Source: a virus. From it: a stretch of DNA of 64,000 nucleotides. Of the stretch, positions 28,963-37,807 are shown in pieces (position 1 is the first letter of the stretch; every line of letters starts with the position of its first letter). Below the pieces are notes generated by a model. That model had not been told where the DNA came from. It did no database searches and saw nothing but the letters and a program-made list of their open reading frames with translations. Made by a program: the position numbers and the translations under genes. Location of the stretch: IMG/VR virus record IMGVR_UViG_3300028549_001461, positions 97,222-161,221 of that record. One strand, written 5' to 3'.

Positions 28963-29683
28963 TACAATTCAACTTATTAATGGTGAATGTTTGGAGGAAA
29001 TGTTTAGTCTTCCTAAAAATACTATAGACTTAATTTTAGTAGATTTACCCTACGGTACGACAAAAAATAAATGGGATGTTATTATACCTTTTGTTGATAT
29101 GTGGCGGGCTTTTGAGCATGTCTTAAAAGCAGAGGGGCGTGTAGTATTAACCGCTGCACAACCATTCGCTAGTCAACTTATTATGAGTAATCCTTCTTTA
29201 TTTAAGTATGATTTAATATGGGAAAAAACTGTAGCATCAGGGCAATTAAACGTAAAAAAAATGCCTTTAAGGACTCATGAGTATATACTTATCTTTTATA
29301 AAAAATTTAATACTTACAATGAACAGAAAACAGAAGGCATACCATACAAGATTTCAAGAAAAGGAGACTATTCTGAAGGTTGTTATAATGGACAAAAAGC
29401 CAGCATTAAAAATAATAGTGGCTATAGGCACGCAAAAAGTGTTATCAAAATACCTAATCCAAGAATAAAGGGTGGTCACCCCACTCAGAAACCTCTGGCA
29501 CTTATGGTATACCTAGTAAACACTTTCTCAAACAAGGGTGATTTGGTTTTAGATTGTTGTATGGGTAGCGGTACTACTGGGGAAGCATGTATAGCTACTG
29601 GTAGAAGATTTGTAGGTATTGAATTAGATACTAACTATTTCAATGTTGCAAAAGATAGACTATCACAATTATACATTATATAA
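28943..29683 (+). CDS. N4/N6 DNA methyltransferase (beta class)
   Basis: DLPYG, HPTQKP, VLDCCMGSGTT. Confidence 0.9.
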   Translation: MITLQNNTIQLINGECLEEMFSLPKNTIDLILVDLPYGTTKNKWDVIIPFVDMWRAFEHVLKAEGRVVLTAAQPFASQLIMSNPSLFKYDLIWEKTVASGQLNVKKMPLRTHEYILIFYKKFNTYNEQKTEGIPYKISRKGDYSEGCYNGQKASIKNNSGYRHAKSVIKIPNPRIKGGHPTQKPLALMVYLVNTFSNKGDLVLDCCMGSGTTGEACIATGRRFVGIELDTNYFNVAKDRLSQLYII

Positions 29684-29728
29684 AATATGTATGTTTAACA
29701 ATTACTAATATTATATTGAGGTGGAATT

Positions 29729-30127
29729 ATGCTTGATACCTACACGTACAGTAGTCCTTCTACTAATTACGTACCTTATGAAAAAACAGTGATAGAAAAA
29801 AAAGCTCCCACAGATGAGAGTATCCGTTTATATGGTGAATTTTTAGAAAAAGCCCGAAACTCTATATTTGATTCTTTTAGTGTGACCAGCACTACGTTAA
29901 ATTTTTATATTACTATTTTTAGAGATCATCTCACTCTAAAAAATTATGCTGTTTATAAATTAAATTTAAATAACCAAGAATTTATAAATAAAGTTGAATT
30001 ATTTTCGTCATTTGATATTTCAGACCGAAGACAAGTTGTGAAAACAATTTTTAAAGCTATAGCTGAAGATATAGCTCTGCAGTTTGAAGATAAAATAGTT
30101 TATGAAATAAAAGGAAGTGGTTTATGA
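29729..30127 (+). CDS. Hypothetical protein
   Basis: GAGGTGG RBS. Confidence 0.6.
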   Translation: MLDTYTYSSPSTNYVPYEKTVIEKKAPTDESIRLYGEFLEKARNSIFDSFSVTSTTLNFYITIFRDHLTLKNYAVYKLNLNNQEFINKVELFSSFDISDRRQVVKTIFKAIAEDIALQFEDKIVYEIKGSGL

Positions 30128-30846
30128 AAACAATTTCAATGACTGCATATAATAGACCAGATTATTTGGCGGCAACCTTGAATGACTTAACAAAAAACGA
30201 CCCTTATGATTGGCATTTCTTTATAAGTGTTGACCCTTCAGATAAAACAGAACAGATTTTAAGAGTTCTTAACAAAGAATATGGTTTCGCTTCAAAAACC
30301 ATTATCGTAAATCCACAAAGAAAAGATCATCGTAGAAATCAACATGATGCTATAGCTAAGGCTTTTGATACAGGTTCAACATTTAATCTCCATTTTGATG
30401 ATGACCTCTTTATTTCTCCAGATGCTTTAGAATTAGCTAATTATTATGAAAGAACTTTTAAAGATAAACCTTTAACTTTTAATAGTTATGGTTTATTTAA
30501 TTATGATAGTAATCCTAATGAACCTAGTAAGTTAATTTCTAGAGTAGGCACCTTTACAGGGTTAGGCTGGATGTGTTTTAGAGAGGGGTTCGAGAAAGTT
30601 TTTAACCCAAATTGGTTTTATGATGGGTTAGCTTTAAAAATTTTTGGTTCTTATGGTTGGGACTGGTCAGTGGCTGCTTGGTGTAAACAAAATAACTTAT
30701 CTGAAATTTATCCAGCCTTTTCAAGAACAAATCATCGTGGCAGAGAGTGTGGTACTTGTTGTAGTTATGAGTGGCATGATAAGGCTTTTGCTAATTTACA
30801 ATGGAATAAAAATATAATTGTTAAGGAATACTACTATGATAAATAA
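30124..30846 (+). CDS. GT-A fold glycosyltransferase
   Basis: AYNRPDYL, FDDDL, GLGW, GWD, SRTNHRG. Confidence 0.75.
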   Translation: MKTISMTAYNRPDYLAATLNDLTKNDPYDWHFFISVDPSDKTEQILRVLNKEYGFASKTIIVNPQRKDHRRNQHDAIAKAFDTGSTFNLHFDDDLFISPDALELANYYERTFKDKPLTFNSYGLFNYDSNPNEPSKLISRVGTFTGLGWMCFREGFEKVFNPNWFYDGLALKIFGSYGWDWSVAAWCKQNNLSEIYPAFSRTNHRGRECGTCCSYEWHDKAFANLQWNKNIIVKEYYYDK

Positions 30847-31765
30847 AGAACAACTATATACGAGTACGCAGACAAAACTTTTGCATAATTTAGATAATTT
30901 AAAAACTATGCAGCGTGGAGTTTTTAAACCTATAAGTATTCAGTTAGCTCCTACAGATATATGTAATTTAAACTGTATTATGTGTTCTGTTAAAGAACGA
31001 GAAGGTGATGAACTTACTCTTGAGCAATGCATTCAAGTATTGATAGATTTTAAAGGCCTTGGTGCTAAGACTGTGGAATTCACCGGGGGTGGAGATCCCA
31101 CAATGTATAAGTATATTAATGAAGTTATTACTTGTGCCCATGGTTTGGGTTATAGTATAGGCTTAATAACTAATGGTGTAAAACTAAATAACATATCTTT
31201 GGAAAATTTGGCCAAGCTTACTTGGATACGTATTAGTTTAAATTGTTTAGATTATGTAAAAGATATCGATATACAAGTACCAGTGAATGTTACTTTAGGT
31301 TTCTCATATGTTTGGACTGATCTATCTGATGAAGCTAAATTAGAAAAGATAGCTAAATATTATAAGAAATATAAAGCAGCTTATGTAAGAGTTGTTCCTA
31401 ACTGTCTTTCTATTGAGGATATATCTAAAGCTACTGAAGCAGTTAAGCCGTATTTAGAGAAGTATCCAGGCTTCTTTTTTCAACAGAAGAAATATGTAGT
31501 TCCTAAAAAATGTTGGATGGGACTAATTAAACCTTTTGTTAATACTGATGGCTTTGTGTATCATTGTTCAGCAAATCCTTTAATTAATAGAAAATTTAAT
31601 TCTAATTTTAGAATGTGTGCTATACAAGATATTGATAAATATTGGAGGTCTACTCCTGAAGCTTTTAATACTTCTATGTGTCAAGAAGGTAAATGTTTTT
31701 TTGCAGAGCATAATAATTTAATTGAGCAGGTAATCACACCTTGCGAGCATGGAGACTTTATATGA
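30818..31765 (+). CDS. Radical SAM protein with SPASM/twitch-type C-terminus
   Basis: CNLNCIMC, TGGGDP, ITNG, C...DGFVYHC; likely start ATG 30836. Confidence 0.85.
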   Translation: MLRNTTMINKEQLYTSTQTKLLHNLDNLKTMQRGVFKPISIQLAPTDICNLNCIMCSVKEREGDELTLEQCIQVLIDFKGLGAKTVEFTGGGDPTMYKYINEVITCAHGLGYSIGLITNGVKLNNISLENLAKLTWIRISLNCLDYVKDIDIQVPVNVTLGFSYVWTDLSDEAKLEKIAKYYKKYKAAYVRVVPNCLSIEDISKATEAVKPYLEKYPGFFFQQKKYVVPKKCWMGLIKPFVNTDGFVYHCSANPLINRKFNSNFRMCAIQDIDKYWRSTPEAFNTSMCQEGKCFFAEHNNLIEQVITPCEHGDFI

Positions 31766-32373
31766 TGCCATTTAATAAAGATTATTACGTTGATAGTACA
31801 ATAAGTAATTACAAAGATTATAGACAGAAAAAATTTGCCAAATTGGCAGATGATTTATATCCATATTTAGCTCATAGAAAGGTGTTAGATTATGGTTGTG
31901 CTACAGGTGGTTTAATGTTTGAACTATATTTACGAGATGTTTCTTGCGTAGGTACAGATATAAGTTTATGGGCAGTAGAATTTGGTAGAAAGCACTATGG
32001 ATTATCAGAAGAAAAATTACAACATGATAACTCTCAACTGGTTACAAAGAATTTTGATGTAGTTCTATTTCTTGATGTACTTGAACATATTCCTACTGGG
32101 GAACTTGAAACACTTATAGAGAATATAAAAGCAAATCAATTAATAGTGCGTATACCAGTATCTGAAAATGAAGGTGAAGATTTTGTACTTGATGTTAGTA
32201 AGAATGATAAAACACATATTCAAATACATTCTAAGCAATGGTGGCTTGACTTATTCTCAAAATATGGTTATAATAAATTTAAAGCATTAAAAGAAACTAA
32301 TATTTATAATTCAGACGGTGTGTTGGCAGGGGTACTCATAAAGGGTACTTCTTTTATTAATACTACAGTATAA
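31741..32373 (+). CDS. Class I SAM-dependent methyltransferase
   Basis: VLDYGCATG, GTDIS, DVLEHI, DKTHI; likely start ATG 31762. Confidence 0.85.
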   Translation: MRAWRLYMMPFNKDYYVDSTISNYKDYRQKKFAKLADDLYPYLAHRKVLDYGCATGGLMFELYLRDVSCVGTDISLWAVEFGRKHYGLSEEKLQHDNSQLVTKNFDVVLFLDVLEHIPTGELETLIENIKANQLIVRIPVSENEGEDFVLDVSKNDKTHIQIHSKQWWLDLFSKYGYNKFKALKETNIYNSDGVLAGVLIKGTSFINTTV

Positions 32374-32384
32374 AGGAGAAAACT

Positions 32385-32450
32385 ATGGCTAAAAAAGGCG
32401 GCGGTAAAGGTGGTAAAGGTGGTAAAGGTGGTAAGGGTGGTGGATGTTAA
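32385..32450 (+). CDS. 21-aa Gly/Lys peptide MAKKGGGKGGKGGKGGKGGGC, not in ORF track
   Basis: AAAGGAGA RBS; (GGTAAAGGT)n repeat encoding GGK with synonymous variation. Confidence 0.65.
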   Translation: MAKKGGGKGGKGGKGGKGGGC

Positions 32451-32481
32451 ATTTCTAATTATGAGTTAAAAGGAACGTATT

Positions 32482-32922
32482 ATGCTTAAAACTACTTGCA
32501 CTAAAGAACCCTCTGTAAAAGAGTTAGCTAAAAAAATTAAAGCTGATTTAGATCATAAGAACCAAGAGAAACAAAGAGAAGCTGATATCAAACGTAAAAA
32601 TGAGATGAAAAAAGAAGAAGAACTTGTAGGTAATAAACTTATAGATTTGTTTAAAGGTAGATTTTTTAGTCTATCTTCTTCTAATCATAGAGTGGCTTCT
32701 TTAGTGGCAAGTAGAGATGATTATTATGTGCTCGCCTATGATGGCTTAGCTTTTCATGGAGATAATGAAATATTTAGAAACTACACCAGACAACTAGAAA
32801 AAAAATTTGACATACGTATAAGTATGTCTACTGTTAAACCACCGGATTACTACTCTGGTTCTGGTGATGATATGGTTTATCGTAGAAATCCTACTGAACT
32901 TAGAGTTTGGATTAAAGCGTAA
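32482..32922 (+). CDS. Hypothetical protein
   Basis: ORF track, AAGGA RBS. Confidence 0.6.
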   Translation: MLKTTCTKEPSVKELAKKIKADLDHKNQEKQREADIKRKNEMKKEEELVGNKLIDLFKGRFFSLSSSNHRVASLVASRDDYYVLAYDGLAFHGDNEIFRNYTRQLEKKFDIRISMSTVKPPDYYSGSGDDMVYRRNPTELRVWIKA

Positions 32923-32954
32923 TATGTTTTAATTAATTTAAAATATGAGATACT

Positions 32955-33266
32955 ATGAAAATAACTTGGTACAGATATGAAGACACATATAGAGTAGACC
33001 CACCAATTACTGTACAATTTAATGAAGTTACCAGCAGAGAAGGAGCTTTTGAAGATTTGTTACGTGTAATTACAGAGGATTTTGAGCCTTGGATTACAGA
33101 ACATTGGCCAGAAATAAATGGCTTGGTCACTTTACATAGTTGGCCTGATATAAATACTGACTTTAAAAAGATACAGTATATTGAAGACACATTCTCAGTA
33201 AATATGTTATACGGTATACCTATGTGGCGTGATAGAGTTACAGGAAAATTAACTTTTATAGATTAG
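32955..33266 (+). CDS. Hypothetical protein
   Basis: ORF track. Confidence 0.55.
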   Translation: MKITWYRYEDTYRVDPPITVQFNEVTSREGAFEDLLRVITEDFEPWITEHWPEINGLVTLHSWPDINTDFKKIQYIEDTFSVNMLYGIPMWRDRVTGKLTFID

Positions 33267-33274
33267 GAGATCTT

Positions 33275-33316
33275 ATGGAAAACTCAGGTTTTACATAGAA
33301 CAATAGATCACCGTAA
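33275..33316 (+). promoter_or_regulatory. Amber-containing leader ORF MENSGFT(TAG)NNRSP(TAA)
   Basis: AGGAGA RBS at 33265-33270; TAG 33296-33298; downstream hairpin 33308-33368 covers next RBS. Confidence 0.6.
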
Positions 33317-33373
33317 CTAAGATTATTATTTAAAGTTGCTAATTAAATCAATAATCTTAATTCGGAGAACTAT

Positions 33374-33685
33374 ATGAAAACTATGAAAGAAATGAAAGCT
33401 TATTTAAAAGAAACCGCAGTAAAAATAAAAGAAGCAAAGAAACAAAGAAAAGGTGCCACATATGGCTTTGTGGAGGTTTTAGATTCCTATAACCCACAGA
33501 TAAATTTAAGATATCAATACAGACATCACCATATAGCCTACAGCTTACTACGTGGACGTACTATGGAACAGATAGAACGTACCTGTAGAGAAGATAATAA
33601 ACCTAATGAAGATTATTATAATTTACTTATGATACCTATAATTAGAATAAAAAGAGAAGAGGAGCTATTACAAAATGTCGCTTAA
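33374..33685 (+). CDS. Basic hypothetical protein of the amber module
   Basis: GGAGA RBS; YRHHHIAYSLLRGR motif; overlaps next gene by 11 nt. Confidence 0.7.
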   Translation: MKTMKEMKAYLKETAVKIKEAKKQRKGATYGFVEVLDSYNPQINLRYQYRHHHIAYSLLRGRTMEQIERTCREDNKPNEDYYNLLMIPIIRIKREEELLQNVA

Positions 33686-33968
33686 ACTCTATGTAGTAAC
33701 TCGTAAGGATTTGTCAGTATCTCAACAAGCTGTTCAGGCTGGCCATGCTTTGGCAGAATATTTATTAAATAGAAAAACTGAATGGCGTAATGGTACTTTG
33801 GTTTATTTGTAGGTTTCTGACGAAAATGCATTAAAGTACTTGACATGTTCTTTAAAAAATAGTAATATTGATTATGTAGAATTTAAAGAGCCTGACAGAG
33901 CCAGTGAACTAACAGCTATTGCCAGTTTGGGTAGCAATAAATTTTTCAAAAAACTAAAACTATTATAA
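33675..33968 (+). CDS. Pth2-like peptidyl-tRNA hydrolase with one in-frame TAG (codon 46), not in ORF track
   Basis: MSLKLYVVTRKDLSVSQQAVQAGHALAEY...WRNGTLVYL*VSDENAL...FKEPD...LTAIA...LKLL; Pth2 motifs on both sides of TAG 33810-33812. Confidence 0.8.
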
Positions 33969-33973
33969 AACAA

Positions 33974-34010
33974 AAGGTCTGTTTCTAAAATATTATTATT
34001 AACAGACCTT
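33974..34010 (+). promoter_or_regulatory. 10-bp hairpin between Pth2-like gene and suppressor tRNA
   Basis: AAGGTCTGTT/AACAGACCTT followed by ATTCTT. Confidence 0.5.
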
Positions 34011-34016
34011 ATTCTT

Positions 34017-34088
34017 GCTTCTATAGCTTAATGGTTAAAGCGGCAGTCTCTAAAACTGCACATATGGTTTCGATCACCATTAGAAGCA
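34017..34088 (+). tRNA. Amber suppressor tRNA (CUA anticodon)
   Basis: GCTTCTA/TAGAAGC, GCTT/AAGC, GCAGT-CTCTAAA-ACTGC, ATGGT-TTCGATC-ACCAT; all stems fully paired; A73. Confidence 0.9.
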
Positions 34089-34103
34089 TATAAGGAGTAT
34101 TAT

Positions 34104-34322
34104 ATGGATATTACAGTAAAAGAACTTTCTAAATTAAAACAAGAAGCTGAAAGTGACATAGCTAAAGAAGTGTCCAGAATTTTAGAAGACTTTAAAGAAA
34201 AATCCGGGATACGTTGTGCAGATCACTCTGTATATATAGATATGGTTTACTCAAGAACGATAGACAATAAATATTCAGAAGCATTTGTGTCTGATGCTTC
34301 AATAAGAATGGAGATTTTTTAA
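34104..34322 (+). CDS. Hypothetical protein
   Basis: AAGGAG RBS. Confidence 0.6.
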   Translation: MDITVKELSKLKQEAESDIAKEVSRILEDFKEKSGIRCADHSVYIDMVYSRTIDNKYSEAFVSDASIRMEIF

Positions 34323-34711
34323 TGGACACTAAACAAGTTATAGTAATGCGTAAAGATTTAAATATGAGGAAAGGCAAAATGGTGGCACAAGGTAGCCACG
34401 CTAGTTTAGCAAATATATTAAAAGAATTGGATTACGACTCTTGTGTAGCTTCTCACGAACCTCCTTGGTTTAATGATACTATAATACATTGGCTAGAAAA
34501 TTCTTTTGCTAAAGTGTGTGTTGGTGTTAATTCTGAGGCAGAATTGTTGTCTATCTATGATCAAGCCACTCAAGCAGGTTTGTTATGCTGTTTAATAAAA
34601 GATTCAGGAAGAACTGAATTTGGCGGCGTCCCAACGTATACTTGTCTTTGTGTGGGGCCTAATATTAATGAAGACATAGATAAAATAACAGGACATTTAG
34701 CACTTTTATAA
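34322..34711 (+). CDS. pth2: Peptidyl-tRNA hydrolase Pth2 (intact)
   Basis: KQVIVMRKDLNMRKGKMVAQGSHA, KVCV, DSGRTEF, TCLCVGP, IDKITGHLALL. Confidence 0.92.
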   Translation: MDTKQVIVMRKDLNMRKGKMVAQGSHASLANILKELDYDSCVASHEPPWFNDTIIHWLENSFAKVCVGVNSEAELLSIYDQATQAGLLCCLIKDSGRTEFGGVPTYTCLCVGPNINEDIDKITGHLALL

Positions 34712-34721
34712 GGAGTTAAAT

Positions 34722-35033
34722 ATGGAATTATTTAATAAGTATTTTGAAGCTAAGACTGAATTGCTAAGTTTTTTTAACTGCGATACATTATTTAATAATG
34801 CACATTCTATTTATAGAAATGACCTTTGTTATTGGGAAATACTTGAAGACATTGTGTATGTCTCTTATAATTTAGACAATGTTAGGAATATTAAACTTGA
34901 TTATTGCGATAAATATTTCGCTTTCGATAAAATATGGATTTATCCTAGTAAGGAATACACACTTCTACATTTAAAAACTGGTAATTCAGGTGTATTTGAG
35001 ATATATTTAAATAAGATGAGGATGTATGATTAA
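34722..35033 (+). CDS. Hypothetical protein
   Basis: AGGAG RBS. Confidence 0.55.
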   Translation: MELFNKYFEAKTELLSFFNCDTLFNNAHSIYRNDLCYWEILEDIVYVSYNLDNVRNIKLDYCDKYFAFDKIWIYPSKEYTLLHLKTGNSGVFEIYLNKMRMYD

Positions 35034-35364
35034 AAATAAGTTGACTAAAAAAATAAAAAATGTTAAAGTAACAAAAAAAATAAAATCAGAAGTTAAAAAA
35101 GATAAAGCTATACATAAGCCTTATAAAAAACTAACAAAAGAAGAATATGCAAGAGCTCTTCAGCACCCAAAGTGGCAAAAGAAAAGATTAGAGGTTTTTG
35201 AAAGAGATAATTGGCAGTGTGTAGAATGTGGAGATACAGAAACAACCCTACATTTACACCATTTGAAATATACTACAAAGTTTCCATGGAATGAGAAATC
35301 AATAAATTTAATAACATTATGTAATTCATGCCATGCCAAGGCGCACAGATTGCTGAAAAGATAA
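35026..35364 (+). CDS. HNH endonuclease
   Basis: PKWQKKRLEVFERDNWQCVECG, LHLHH, NLITLCNSCH. Confidence 0.85.
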   Translation: MIKNKLTKKIKNVKVTKKIKSEVKKDKAIHKPYKKLTKEEYARALQHPKWQKKRLEVFERDNWQCVECGDTETTLHLHHLKYTTKFPWNEKSINLITLCNSCHAKAHRLLKR

Positions 35365-35398
35365 ACGTTACTAAAATTAAATACTAAGGGAGTAATTT

Positions 35399-35719
35399 AT
35401 GCAGTGTTCTTTAATTGATTTCTACTTTAAGACTACAGAAGCCTTATTCAATCTTTTCAACGTAGAAAAAAAGTCTAGAGATGATACACAAGCACTGGTC
35501 GATAGAAGGGATTCAAAGTGGTATTTAGATGAAGATGGTTATAATTTATATGTAGAAGATGAAGTACACGCTTATACAGGTAAGTTTGAAAGTGATTTTT
35601 TAAAAAAATTACCAAGTAGGTCTGAAATTTTGGTACATGTCAGGCGAAATGACCTGGGTTGGACATATTTTATGTTAGATAAGAACAACGAAGACATTAC
35701 TATAAAGGAAAAACTATGA
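35399..35719 (+). CDS. Hypothetical protein
   Basis: ORF track, GGGAG RBS. Confidence 0.55.
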   Translation: MQCSLIDFYFKTTEALFNLFNVEKKSRDDTQALVDRRDSKWYLDEDGYNLYVEDEVHAYTGKFESDFLKKLPSRSEILVHVRRNDLGWTYFMLDKNNEDITIKEKL

Positions 35720-36132
35720 AAGAAGGATATGATTTTTATACAGCTCTAACTGCAAAATTATTTAGGAAATCCGAAGTAGATATTACTTCTGAAGAAAGAC
35801 AATACACTAAAAAATGTTTATTACGAGAGATGTACTCTGGCATTATGCATGATAGTCCGGAAACAAATGTGATTATACCAGAACTACTTTCTAATAATAA
35901 TAGAAATTAGACATTTAGGGAGAAAAGTTATGACTTATAAAGTTTGTATAGCACTGTTCGCAGTAGAAGACCATAAACATGTAACAGAATTTACTAAGTT
36001 TACTTCTGGTGGTACCACTTTAATAGTACCTACACTTGAATTTACAGGAAGTCCAGAAGATATTGAGGATTCAGTAAAAGAAGTACTATCTAAACTTGTA
36101 AACACTTTACCTGATAATACTTAAAAAAATAA

Positions 36133-36219
36133 GGAGAGATGACCGAGAGGCCGATGGTGCTTGTCTGCTAAACAAGTGTGGGGTAAAAGCCACCGAGGGT
36201 TCAAATCCCTCTCTCTCCG
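36133..36219 (+). tRNA. tRNA-Ser(GCU)
   Basis: GGAGAGA/TCTCTCC, CTTGT-CTGCTAA-ACAAG, long V arm, GAGGG-TTCAAAT-CCCTC. Confidence 0.92.
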
Positions 36220-36236
36220 AACTAAAAGGAGTATCT

Positions 36237-36542
36237 ATGCTAACTAATAAACCTGTATACATTGATTATGTTGCCAAGGCATTTAATTTATATCCAAATG
36301 AATATAAAGACCTATATTATTATGAGTATTATTGGTTTATTATAAAGCCGTACAAACTCCTTTTTATGGCTGAAGATTGTGCATTTTCTGTGAATCTTCT
36401 ACAAGTACCTATTGCTACTACAACTGTGGTATCAGCTGGTGATTATTTTACCGTAGTTTTTACCGAATCCACGGATTTTATAGTTTTATCTAATGACTTT
36501 CATATTACTTATAAATACAAAAACTTTGGAGTTACTCAATGA
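36237..36542 (+). CDS. Hypothetical protein
   Basis: AAGGAG RBS. Confidence 0.55.
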   Translation: MLTNKPVYIDYVAKAFNLYPNEYKDLYYYEYYWFIIKPYKLLFMAEDCAFSVNLLQVPIATTTVVSAGDYFTVVFTESTDFIVLSNDFHITYKYKNFGVTQ

Positions 36543-37129
36543 ACAAAAATAAAACAGCCGTAGTTGATATAGATGGCATTTTATGGAATATGGCAGAATT
36601 TTGGTACGATGAATTAATTAAAATAAACCCAGCTTGTCCTTATCCAGGTAGTACTTCTGCTTGGTGCTTTCACAAGGGTTACATGTCAGACGAGGAGTTT
36701 CAAAAAACTATTGATATAGTTCACATGAAGCAGGAGCATTTTCCAGCATTCAAGGAGGCGTATAAACTGCCTAATATGCTATATAGTGCGGGCTTTCGTG
36801 TTAATATAGCTTCACATAGAACAGCACTATCTAAAACAACCACTGCTAATTGGTTGTATAAAAATAGTATTTATTATGACGAATTACATACTGTCTCGGA
36901 TAAGCATTTTCTTCTTAAAGATGCTGATCTATTTATAGACGACAGTCCAACCAGTCAAAAATATGCGATAAACAACCATATACCTGTACTTTCTTTAAAA
37001 TATCTTTATAACGAGCATGTAAAAGGTGTTTTATTTTTTGACACTTTTAGCGAGATGTTAGGTGGTTTAGAGAAATGGTTAGATGATTTTAAGTACACGC
37101 AAGGCCCACATGTTTCAATTAAAAAGTAA
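36539..37129 (+). CDS. HAD-family 5'(3')-deoxyribonucleotidase-like protein
   Basis: VDIDGIL, ASHR, FIDDSP. Confidence 0.8.
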   Translation: MNKNKTAVVDIDGILWNMAEFWYDELIKINPACPYPGSTSAWCFHKGYMSDEEFQKTIDIVHMKQEHFPAFKEAYKLPNMLYSAGFRVNIASHRTALSKTTTANWLYKNSIYYDELHTVSDKHFLLKDADLFIDDSPTSQKYAINNHIPVLSLKYLYNEHVKGVLFFDTFSEMLGGLEKWLDDFKYTQGPHVSIKK

Positions 37130-37807
37130 TAGTCTGGTTATCTTATAGAAAATAATAACCATTCAAATTCCATTGAAAATCCAATTGCTAAAAATTTTGA
37201 ATGCTAAGAAGAAGTATTGAAAAAGTTTTTAATAATCTTACTTATATAAATTAGATAACTATGTTTTTAATAGCTTAATAATTTATTTAGGAGAACTATA
37301 TATGGATGCTGTTTATTTTGTTGTTTCAGAGGGAGACGAACCAGAAAAGATTTATTTTTCTGATGAAGAGGCTTTTGCCTCTGGTGCTATGTACATTGAT
37401 GGATTTGATGAAGAGGGTCTTAAAGTAATTTCGTATAAATTGCAAGACGTTCAAGCGGACATGGGTTTTCTAGGTACTACCAGCGAAGAAGATTATACTA
37501 CAGAATTTTAGTTGACTTTTATAATATATGTAGTATAATATACATAATGAATGGTGATTATATGCTAACAGTAAGCAAAGACAATACACGTTTAGAATAC
37601 ACTAAAGTTGTTAAAGCAAAAATTGAGATAAAGAATTTTGTAGCCTCTTTGAAAGAGAAAGGCTTTACTAACAAAGAGCTTATGATTTTACAGGACTGTT
37701 TTGATAGTGAGTTACAAACAAAAACATTTTGGTGAAAAAATATATTGCATAATTTATTTTGATTTGGTATAATTAACCATGATAGAAATTTAACTAAAGG
37801 AGTTATT

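Noticed and set aside
32403-32441. CRISPR array or non-coding microsatellite
   Set aside because: 9-nt tandem unit with no spacers; explained as GGK codons of a small ORF.
33675-33968. Simple pseudogene of pth2
   Set aside because: Single TAG, no frameshift, motifs preserved downstream and a cognate suppressor 48 nt away; not fully excluded without homologue comparison.
34017-34088. Pyrrolysine tRNA
   Set aside because: Canonical 5-bp anticodon stem, GG-containing D loop and TTCGA T loop; no pyl genes in the window.
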